The notes beneath the pieces are model-generated. The model searched no databases. It was not told the DNA's origin and was given only the letters and a program-made list of their open reading frames with translations. A stretch of 64,000 nt of DNA from the NCBI GenBank assembly GCA_965112155.1, contig OZ218107.1. One strand, given 5' to 3'. Shown in pieces: positions 13,713 through 25,800 of the stretch (positions within the stretch are counted from its first letter, which is position 1; each line of letters opens with the position of its first letter). A program made the translations under genes and the position numbers. The stretch is from Podarcis liolepis. Taxonomy: Eukaryota.

Positions 13713-16553
13713 ATATCCTTCAAACAACTACCAACTGATTGGATGACTCAAAAAGCAAATACAGTAATAGAGGGCTCAATCCAGATTAGGGCTATGATTT
13801 GGGGGTGGGGGTAAAATAATTTAATCCTAACTTAAAATTATCTAAATATTTATTTGTGTAAGATAATGGGGAAGATTTAGAATGTCTGAATGGGGCTAAC
13901 CTATTTTCATTGTTAAAAGCTGAATTTCCAATAAATATTATTGGAACTCCAGCACTGTTACTTTTATTATGATTTAACACTTACGTAGCACTTTAGATAG
14001 ATATCAGTATCTAACATATTCTAGTTATGATTTACCCTAAAGCCAGCCAGGAAGCTTTAACGGAACAGCATAGATGTGAATTTGATATCCAGACTGAAAC
14101 GCTCTACCTGCTATTATCACTCAGGCAGAATTATAACACCACATTGCTTGGCACTCCCCAGCAAAACTGTGATAGAGATATGCTGGGTCAGTGCTAACAT
14201 CGCCATATTTCTCCATCAAGAAAAATGCAAAACATCATTCCTTTTTTCAGATCGGTAGAGATCTATTCATCCCCACAGTTCAGTCACACCTGTTCCACAA
14301 TATCCCTTACTTTTCCAATGCTGATATCCTTAGCTGAGGATGTCTAGCCAAGGCCTGCTTAAGCTTCTTGGAACATTACATGGTATAAAGTCAGCAGGGG
14401 GTGGCTGCAAATGCCAGAAGAAGAAAAAAAGGGATCTGCAAAGCTTGGGTTGCTGCCAACTCTAGACAGAAAAATAGCTAGACAGATAGTGCTTGTGAAC
14501 TAGAGGTGGGGGGAAAACACTGACTTTTTGTGTAGTGAAGCAGTGTGGGAGAGCTTAACTAGGCACGTAGCCAGCAACTCTTGAGAAAAGTGGAGAACGT
14601 GAAAATCAGGCTGATGAAAGCAAAAGCCTGGGAGAGCTTCAACAGCTTAGCAGCCCGGGTGGCATGGATCATCATCCCTGGCAGAAAGATAAACAGCTGT
14701 GAATTATTGTCCCAGCAGAGATCTGAATAGGTAAAGCATATGGGAGGTTTTTAGAGCTTGACAAAAAGAGTCTGCATGAATACTCATTTGAGTACAGATA
14801 AGCCTAAATATATGTAAGAATGCTATATTATGTTGTATTAATTATAGTATATGGCAGCTGCCTTCGTTTTTAACAAAGTTCTGCATATTGAAGAACTGCA
14901 ATTGTCTAAATATTAAAGAGGAGTTGTTAGCACATCTGCCTCACCAACAACTAGCCTCTGAGTGTATTCATATTGTAGTGGTACCACAGGGCTATGTGGC
15001 AGGGTTTAACGCATATCTGCACCTAAACATGTACATGTGTATTCAAACACAATTCACCTTTATCATATTTGTAGCCCTCTCTTATCCTACTTGAACCCCT
15101 GACCGACCCTATAAAGTTCAAAGCTGAGGAACTATGTCTGGCCCAAATGTCCTGAGCAGGAATTTGAATTCAGATCTTTGCAGTCAAACACTTTCCCCTC
15201 TATTTAGGGGCAATGCCCCAGAATGGGCTGCTCTGAAAGCGAGCCTGCTCACAATCTGTGATTTGGGCTAACAAACCAGGATGTGAAACCACAGTTTGAA
15301 GCTGGTTTGCAAATTATAGTTTATGCTTACTGTGGTTTGCTGTTATGCCTGTGTGAAGTAATAAGTCTTTCAGCTTGTTTGTAAAATTGCTGCTTTTGCC
15401 TTTGAACATTTTTGTGCATAGGATGGTGAGAAGTTCACAGGAAGATTTAAAGTACAAGGGGCTGCTTTGTTCACAGGAGAGTGAAAAGTTTAAGAGATGT
15501 TTTGTCCAGTAAGCTTTGCACAGATGGAGAAAATATTTATTCTAGGAAACTGACAATTAAGGGAAAAGAAAACACAAGACTCTTTCTCCTGATTAGCTAA
15601 AAGGTTAGGAAGGGAAGACTGTATAGAAGTCAAGCTAGAAAACATGGTACTGTTATTTAGTTTTGGATTAAAGTTGTGAAGTCAGAATTGAAGAGCTTGG
15701 GTTAAAGAGTTGCAAAAGAGAAAATGGGGTGCTCAGTTGGGTGCTACAAGATGAAGGAACCAGGAGAGGGCCATGAAGAGACCCAAAAGGATGCAATTTG
15801 GCAAGTGTTGGCTTGATTACAAAAATAGAATAGGTGTAGCTGGATGCATTTCCATTTATCTTTGAACAGTTAACACATAAAATGAAATCAATCTGTAAAA
15901 TAAACCTGTTGTACACCTGAAGCTGAAACTATGGTGTGCCTTCTTAACTCTAGTTAACTCTATGGCACAAACCATAGTTTCATGCTACATCAAAAGGCAG
16001 CCTCTGTTAAATATACCACACATAGCCTTACCTTCTTCCATGCTGTCTCTGAATGACCCAGAGTGACTGATTGCACGTGGTCTATCTTCCAAGGATGTGG
16101 CACTGCCACACAACTGGGAATCATCGTAAAGATCGAAAGAAGAATCTTGTGCAGGGATGCTGTTGGACCGCATCATACTGGGCCCAGGGAGTTTGAATTG
16201 GGATAAGTTTGTTGGACTCACTGAAATAAATAATAATAATAATACCATAAGTTTTGATTACATATTACTGCACTGCAGGGGGAAAAGAAAGCTCTGTCAA
16301 ATAACATTTGGGCTTTTAATTTTTTGATGAATTAGGAACACTTTTAGAGTGGTTTCTCATAAGCATGTTTGGCTTATTTTGTCTGAAGCTCCTCCCTACC
16401 GAGTTAAAACAGATCCCATAGAAAAAGCAAAATTTTGCTTTCAATAGTTCCAAATTTATTTACAATTATAATATGGTATTTCCTAAGTCTGTAGTATGGA
16501 GATATTTTTGCCAGGATTACCAGTATCTGCTCAAGCAACATTTTCCTCCTGCT

Positions 16554-16598
<45 letters not shown>

Positions 16599-19500
16599 CA
16601 ATCCTCATATTAAATGGGAACTTTCATATGTGTGGGCTTTATTGAAAAGAGAAGTAACAGACCCCCCTCTTGGTTCAAATGCTGCTCTCACGGTTTGGTA
16701 AGCTGTTTTTCAACAAGCTTAAAGGGAACATTTTTGACCCATCTAGCTGGCGTGGAACTAGGGCCAAGGAAAACAGCATTTATCTGCCCCTTCAGACATT
16801 AGGGTCAAATATTTTGAACTAATGGCGTACGGCAAGATGTTTCCAGCATTGCTGGCTGTGTCTAAAATAAAAATGTCTGGAGCAGTATTTTTCTGAGAGT
16901 CTTTTAACACACTAGGAAAATGGCCCACAGAGAAAAGAAATGCTAGAGGGGTGGAAGAAAGCTTTTGCAATAAGCCATTGTACTGGGTCACCACAGTGGA
17001 GGAAAACTAAACCACAGAAACACACTGATTTGTTTCTACCAAAGGGAAAAAACTGTTACTATGTCTAAGTTTAACCTTGTCTACACTTGTAGTCTAAGCC
17101 TTGACACACAATTATACTGAAATAAATGGAACTTACTTCTGAGTAAATGAGATGTGGAACTTAAAAATGCTCAGCAAAATGTAGGAAAAGAATGCACTTT
17201 TAATTATTTTCTTTGACAGGTGATTTTTCCAGCCCAACAGTCAAAGTTGGCCCATTGGGGGGTTGGTACAGATAAGGATCTGCTCACTGGGCTCAAAAAA
17301 ATTTTAAAAAAATTCTCCACCCCTACTTTAGATGCTGAGGTTCCAAGCTGTGCAGCACTTTAACCAGTACTTGGAACTGATCCCCAGAATGGACTGGGAG
17401 ACAAGGAATATGTTCAGATATAGTAGGAGCAGAAAAAATGAATGCTTTATTTTAGATAGCTGAAGTTATGCATTCTAAAAGAGTGAGGGAGAGCTTAAGA
17501 TGGATAAAGGAAGCTCAGTAATGGAGTACTGCAAGTAGTTTCTTTTTCTTACCTAAGTTGGAAAAGTATTTCCCAGTTGCAGATGAAGACATGGCTGTAG
17601 GAGATACCAAAGGAGACTGACTTCCAGTGTCTTGCAGCCCTCCAGTAGAATGAGAACGCAGCCACTCTTTCCCTTCCTCCTGACTGGCCTGCCGAGAGGA
17701 TGGCGTATACCTGAAAGACATCACCACTGATACACTGAAAACTTCCACATGAACTGCCACATTGTGGCTTGGAATCAAGCAATAATCAGACAGTTGGTTT
17801 AGTCAATGCTGAAGAGGAGACTTGGGGTCATGTCACCCAAGAAACAGACGGACAAACGATCAGCAATACATATCTGCATGTGATGGGAAGACGTATAAAG
17901 GAAACAGCTAAGCCTTATTATAATTTTTTAAAAAAAACAACAACAAAACAACAATTCTAACACATAAAAAAGATAAAGCAAAAACTTAATTTCAAGCATA
18001 TCAACAAGGTTGGAAAATGAGAGCTTGGTAGTGAGGAGAGACGGGTGTCCAGTTCCTACATTATACGAGCTACAGGAACATAGTATACAGGTTGGCTGAA
18101 AGCAGAAGAAAATGGAAGAGCAGCTGTGAAAGAAATGCATTTTTGTTAGTGACATCTGAAGGGACAAAATACAGTGTCTCTCAGAAGGGTCGGTCCTTGA
18201 TGCTATGCCCTACCCCCAAACTGGTAAGATTTAAGGGATGGGGGAAGAAAAATACTCACTTTTAAAGAAATGTGTTTGCAGAAAGAAAAAGCTTGGGAAA
18301 CCCAACCTCTCAAAGACTTTTGGGTGCTTCTGCCAAATACAAAAATGTAACTGCACCAGCAGCACACACACTGCAGCCCACCGGCCAAACTTTGCGGCAG
18401 GGACTGAGAAAAGCAAATTCTTGAATGGATTAACATGGCAAGTTAGCTGTGCAGGCATTTCAGACAGTTCGGATTTCAACTCAAGAGTGTGCACTTTCTT
18501 TGTCATTGTACAAGTAGGCTTCGTTCAGCCAAATTTCTTGCAAACCTATATATTACTGTACGTAGTTCCAGTACCATTTTAAACAACAGTGGTGGGATCA
18601 AAAACGTCACCCCCATCCAGACAAGTCTACCATTGTTGGCTGTTGCAGTTCCCCCTCCTTGAGTGCACTGGGAGCTTTCTGCTGTTGCCACAATGTCTCA
18701 GATTCTACAGGATGGTGTGCAAGGAAGAGAACTGCTGACTGAATAAACACCATCTATGTTTGATTCCAGGAGACACATTAAAATGCTCTGCCATCTGCAG
18801 CGTAGTCAAGATTACTACCCAGTGCATTCTTTTTGATGAGCAGACAGGTTCTTCAGATTTTTCCTTTTCAAAGCCCCTGGCAGACACAAATTAAGGGTTG
18901 GCACCCCAATGTGCTACAACTCAAGTGCAACAGAAGAAGTCATATATTGTTCCTGCATAGAAAATACCAGCAGTGACAATGCCAGATGCTTAACCAATGG
19001 TCCTAGCCCTCTGAGTGTGTGATTAAAGCTGGAAGCAAAGGAAGCTTACTGCAGTTCATTGATTAAAATGTTTTTTCCGGGGGGAAATATGATTACTCCG
19101 ATCTGAATAAGTGGGAAAGTTTTAGAGGAATTAATTCCTATCAGACAGAGGGCAAGGAACAAGTGAAAGTGAAAGAACATTAAAAAGGGGGGATTCTTAT
19201 TGTAAATTGATTTTCTATTAGTTGTTTAACAGGAGAAACAGGATACACAGTGACAAGAAAAGGATGAAATATTATAGAAAAAAGTTACGGAACAACAGAG
19301 AAACAGCAGCCATGCTGAATAAAACATCGTATACCTTAATCCCTTTTTGGGTAGTGTATTTCTGTCAAGTTGCATGCTGTTAAAACAAAGAAAACCCCTA
19401 AGGACATATAGTAAAAAGAGCACTTCAAAATTATAAATTCTAAAGTGTTGTATCACAAAAAAGGCATTCGGATTTATTTAAATGTATTCTTTGAAAGGTA

Positions 19501-19774
19501 CCTTTTATGCAACACTCAAAATCATCAGTGCAAGTAATATACTGCTATTTTTTTCTCAAAAGGAAAAAAATGCCATACTTTTGTAAAGAAAATACATATT
19601 GATTTGAGAATTTGCTTAATCTTATTCCCATTCCAGCTTTAGTTATTACGGAATTTGAGCATAAGAGTCCTAGGAAGGATAATGTGGGCAACAAGGTCAG
19701 AAGATTTATCCTGTTTCAGTTTGGTTGTCTTCCGTAAAGACTATTATCCTGTTGAAGTCTAGAATCACCAGGGA

Positions 19775-19819
<45 letters not shown>

Positions 19820-22800
19820 GTATTCTCTGGCCATGCATCTGGCTTGACCCATCAGCTGAGGAAAGGGAACCCATTCCGTAGCATGAGGACAAAAGCTGCT
19901 TGAACTACTAGCAATGTTTTGGTGTGACTGTCAGCACCATTTTTTAGGGCTTACATCTTCTTGACTGAGATGCCCAACCAATCATTAATATCAATGGGTG
20001 CCAGCTTGAATGATCCCCTTCTCCTTCCACTGCTTGCTGTTCAGGGGCTTCTCCAAACCTCACCCAAACCAAAAGGGGAATCTTTTATTGCAAGTATATC
20101 TTAAAACCTTTTAATATATATCAACTAATAATGATTGGTAGAAAACAATGTGTGTCTCAAAGAAAACCACTTTCGCTTTGGTTTCTGATATTGTTGTTCT
20201 GTATGTAGCTGTGGAGAGACTGTAATTACAAGAATGGTGATGGATGAGTCACTTATTTGCCAAGCCTCATAAGACAGATCTATAATCATTATATTTGAAG
20301 GGCCTTGTACAGACGTTCTTTGGATTTGCACACAGGGGATATTGCAAAAGCAGCTTTGGGCTCATACTGGTTACATGAACATCAGCCTATGCACATAGCG
20401 ATGAATCCTGTGATCTATAGACTAGAAAACAAGACATATGGATCACAAAGATGTTCAGACTAGTATGTACATGTTGATGGGGAGGGGTGTTTCAGTGTGA
20501 CCATGACTCTTCCTTGTATTTTAAACAGCCATTAAAATAAACAAAAACTCAGGAGTTGAAAAAAGTTGAATAGTACATGAAAAACACCAGCAATAGCAGA
20601 GCCATTTAAATCCATGTATTATTCAAAACAAAACAAAAAGCAGTCACTGATTTTTCAAATATAATGTTAAGATTTCAGGTTTTCTTACACATTCCATAGA
20701 ATAAACTACTTACCAAACTCCAATTTACATAATATCCAAATAAAAAACAAGTACATATCAGGATATTATAATGATGTGCTGCATCAAACTGACAGAACCA
20801 TGATTTATTTATTTTGCCCAACCTGTACTACAATTTAGAAACCCACTTATACAGAGGACTTAGTTTAGTTTGGAGGATGAGATATGGATGTTGGTCCAAG
20901 ACTCCTGGGTCCCTTGAATGGCCACAACTAGAGAGGTGCACAACCTGTCACATTTTCCATTTATTTGTTCAATTGCATCAGATGCCCATAGAAAGTCCAT
21001 GCATTGTCTTAAATATATTTTGGTTTTAGGAGCCTCACACTGCTCATCAGATGTGCATTAGTATGTGCATCCAAATACTGGAGCTTTCCACTTCTTTCAG
21101 TAGAATACAAAATGAAACACAGACGCCCTGGCTAGATTATATATGCTAGAATTTGCTTATTGAGTACATCCATTTCCCATGCCTCCAAACTGAATGCCAG
21201 TCAGACAGGTGGGACCACAATCTGCAAATGAGAAATCAAATCCATTTGATTACCATGGCTTTGTTTCTCCATCTGTGGACATGGCAAGAGATGTGGGGTT
21301 GTTGCAGGCTAAAAACAGAAAAAATGTTGCTATATACCCTAAACCTGATAGACACAGTGGACTACTGAATGATGTATATAAGTATTAATAAAATAAGCCA
21401 AGTTGGTTTCTAACATGAATATGAACAGATAGAAACTAAATCACCTACTTCAAACGCTACTTAATAGCGTCTAATACTGATTATTTTCCTACTAAAAACA
21501 CGTGTATCAGCTTGAGAAAATTGTGTTATTTTGCAGTTTGGGCTTTAAAATGATTTACGGAGACATGAAATTTGTTGGAAATTTTAAAGAGGATATCATT
21601 TTATGTGTGCAAATTTTATTTTATGTAGTTTTATGTAATTACAAAGTAGTAGGGGAGAACATGACCGTGCCCTTTGGCTCTGTTCCCCAATATGTGGCGA
21701 AATGCCTGTTTAAGTGCATATGGCTATGTTTGCATATGGAGGGAAGGTTCTGAACAAATATTAAGTAGCAATTAGACTGTGACTGTTACATTGGAGCGTG
21801 ATTGCTTTGTCGGCGCATAGATCATCCTGCTGGCATTGTATTGACTGGATGTTCATTGGTAGGGGCAGAGTTTTTCCTTTTATTTATTTAAACAAAATTT
21901 ATATACCACTCAAATGAAAAACCTTTATGTGGTTTTAGCATTTTCATCTGCTTATGTGCTCCAATTTGAATTCCCTTTCATTTTTTAAAAATGGCTTAGT
22001 TCCACCTAAACCTGCTGGAAAAGGTGGGGTAAAAGGTGAGAGTAAAACCTGCTGGAAAAGGTGGGAGAGGGTTGCTAATATCATTAAATTTAGCACAAGT
22101 AAGAAGGGATCTGCTCCAAATGAACGGCTTCCTCTGCGAAAAGGAATATATTTGGAAACAATTGCATTCTCTGTGGCCACTATACCATCAAAGTAACATT
22201 TTAGGGTTTCTCTGTTGCAATGCAAGTCTGCACACATTGTGATTTCCCCAAGTACACATGCTGAATGCTTGACAATCTCACTATTTTTATAGCTCCAAGC
22301 AAGCTTGGGTCACAAACCATGCAGACCTATTTTAATACATTCTTTTACAATCCAGATGACCAACAGTTATTTTATCTGTTTTGACAGATTGGGGAAAATC
22401 CCCCCACCTCAAATGCATCTAAGTTAAGCTAGAGGGAAAGGGAGCTGGGTAGAATAGTTTTTATCTCTTGCGGTTAAATTATTTATGGAAGCGTATAATC
22501 GGTCTTATGTAACTGCTCCCACACAAAAACAATGACAGCATCAATCCAGAGAAAGCTACGGAGTACTCTTAGCTTTCTCTGGATTGATGTTGTCGTTGCG
22601 GGAATTTAGGTGTGCTTAACCTTCCTTGGTTCAGGGCCTCATTATGCACCTTTTTAATCTTTTGCAGATAATGTAGCAAATCTAAGATTGACCTAACCTT
22701 GTACCTGCATATTCACAACAAGGTAGTAACTCAATGGTAGATAAGGACCTATGTTTAGTTCAAATATCAAGTAAAAAGCCAGAATTCATCCCTTAATTCA

Positions 22801-25800
22801 TTCGCCATTATGGTTTAGGGCAGGGGTCTGCAACCTTTAAGACAAAAAGAGCCACTTGGACCCATTTCCGAAGGGGAAAAAAACTGGGAGCCGCAAAACC
22901 ATTGCAACATTTAAAACAAATATATCTCTGGAGCCGCGATCTGACAGCGGGCGGGAAGGTGACGCCGGGACGGTGCGTGACTAACGCACGCACCGCCCCC
23001 ATGCGACGTCACAGCCAGTACAGCGCCCACCACAGTGGGGAGTGTCGGGGCGCACAATGCGCCTCCTCCCCTCGCTAGTATCCGCCCCGGAGCCGCGGCA
23101 AAGGTGTAAAAGAGCCACATGCGGCTCCGGAGCCGCAGGTTGCAGACCCCTGGTTTAGGGAATACAATGAATGTGTACATTATGGCCACACTGCATATGC
23201 AAATCCAAAGCCACATTTGTAACAAATCATCATCTCCCTGCTGAAGAGAAAGAGGGTATAGAAAAGTGTCTGGCTTACACAAAAGATATGGGCTACCTGT
23301 TTCAAGGTACCACACTTAACTGTACAGATTACATTGTACTGCACTGTATCAGTTACAGCTCAGAGAAATCCCAAAAAGTGGCAGGACAGAAGAGAACAGC
23401 TAAATGGATGCTTTTCTGCAAGTTGGAGCCCCCTTCAGCCTAGTTTGTCAGCCATCTGCTGTGCCTTGAATGGACACCAATATAACAGAGGGATGGAGTG
23501 GTTTTTGCCTGCCCTCACTTGGAAAATGCTATGAGATGGATGTTTTATAGGACTGGGCTATGCTTAGAGAGCTGTGCTGCTGTAGAATCAGTTGGTTTAT
23601 GCTGCGTGTTTTGCCTCTTTAACTGCTTAACATTTGTAAATACACATATATTAGGAGTCTACAAACACTGCTCCATTCAGTGGAGTACTCATGCAATTTC
23701 AATGCTCTCTCAAAGAATACTTGGAAAAATGCAAAGCCGAGACAAAATTATTATTTTATCTAAATACCCTTGAGGCAGAAATAAACTCAATAGCTATTCC
23801 AAAAATTATTTTATAATGTCTCCATGTAGTTATATTTGCTAAAGAACAAATATGGAGAATCCTTGAGATTTAATACAGTGTACAAATCTGCAACAGAGCT
23901 CATATAGCATAGTATATAAGAGAATAGGAAAGGCGCTGGTTTGAATAGGAGCAGGCTGTGTTCATTGTTTATGTCTGGGAATAATGCTAAACCTTGATTT
24001 AACATTATGAGAACTAGTTAAGATGAACACAATTAGGGTTGGGACAATTTTGACAGCTGGGCGGGACAACCTGTATGCCAATCGTGTGATATCACAAAGA
24101 TGCCATGTGATTGACAGATGTGCTGCCCCACCTGCCTATCAAAGTTGGCCCATGATCATGACCCTGATCAAGAGAATGTGGATAAAAATACCGATGTGCC
24201 TTATTATCTTATTATACAGGACTGCCTCTCCTGGTATGCCCTGTGGAGGACCTTAAGGTCCATAAATAGCAACACTCTAGAGGTCCCAGAAGGAAGTCAG
24301 ATTAGTTGCCCTTGGTGAAGATTTGACATTTTCTCCCCCCAAACAGTTTTTTATCTGGGCTTTGACTGAAATGAGGCTGCATTTTAAGTAGTATTTTAAT
24401 CTTGTTTTTAAGTTGTATTTTAATCAATTGTTTTTATACCTGATGTTAGCTGCCCTGAACCCAGTCTTGGCCGGCGTATAAATAAAACTAAATAAATAAA
24501 TAAATAAGAAGATAATGCCTATGAAGTGCTTTTTTATAGTGCATCACAATGGCTACCTGTGAACATTTGCCTATCAATTTGTATTTTTAATGTGATAGCA
24601 TTTACTCTCTGCATAGGTACACTGACTGCGTTATACTCAGATTCACTCAAAATCATTGTTATACAGATAGGAGAATATAAGTTGGAGTGCTTAATGGCCA
24701 GTTTAAAGTTTTGATGCTATGGAAACTATTAACCTTTTAAAATGTTTAAATGTTTTAGAAAGTTTCATGCCTCACTTTGTAACTTCAGACTAAGTTTTTT
24801 TTTCAAATTATAAATTGAATAGATTTTAGAGAAATAGTGTCACTATTTAATTTATAAATCTGTGGTTTGATTTTCATGTTACTCTTCCTAGATATACCAA
24901 CTACCAGCATAATCTTGATTGGAATGTTTTCCAGAGTGTAGAAGATGGTTTCTTTTTTGTTGGCTCTAGTTTATTGTGTCTGCCCAATGCACACTTTCCC
25001 TCCTTTCAGTCTCTGGGTCAAATAAATATGGAAGTGGTTGTTGTTGTTTTTGTAGCTGCAAGTATTTGTAACCTAACATACACATAGGAACTGATGGTAA
25101 TTTCCCAGGTGTAAACTAAATTACTTCAGAATAAATATAGCAAAAAATGTCGCAGATATGAAGCAGTTGTGGGCTTTGGGTTCTCAAATTTCAGCGGCAC
25201 CCTGTGCAACACTAAAATTCGGCACCCTCTGCTCTGTTCTGCAGCATTGATGTGGTGCTCCCTGCAAAATGGTGCTCTAAGTGGCTGCCCCGCTTGAAGT
25301 ACCCTAAAACTGCCTCTAATGAAAGCCCTCAATGGAATCATCTGTTCTACTGAGCATAAAGACTTTGGAAGTACTGCAGAGCTTTCTACAAGGAGCGTTT
25401 CCAGTTATTTTACTTTCCTTTCCTCCCCTACCCTCTTACATTGTTGGTTTTGATTTGAGGATATATTTCTAAAGCCATGCTTCTGGCTGCTTCCATTTCC
25501 CTTGCCTATCTTATGACCCTTATCAAAATACTTCTCTCCATGGCCAACTCACCTTTCTGAAAGGGTAGATCTCACACTTCCAGTTCTCATGAGCAGGCTC
25601 TGAACCTCTTGAGTGCTTGTGGTCAATCCAGACAGGGAGCCATGGTGGCTGAGAGGGAGGTCAATAGATTCAGAGCTTGTGTGGAGGCTAGTCATTGACT
25701 GGTAACTTGGCGTGTCCTTACTGCCAGCAGAGGAACTACTCAGGTTTGCAGCCCACACAAGACCACCTGACGTGAAAGAGTGGGCTGACGCCGGGCTAGA

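Noticed and set aside
15668-15916. ORF with LHGPLLVPSSCST, superficially like VHGSSLSLVSST
   Set aside because: The true exon is at 13236-13288 with exact peptide and splice sites.
17990-18069. ORF segment ending ...KLSFSNL, resembling the GKYFSNL exon end (mutually exclusive exon?)
   Set aside because: No usable phase-1 donor after FSNL; a four-residue match is compatible with chance.
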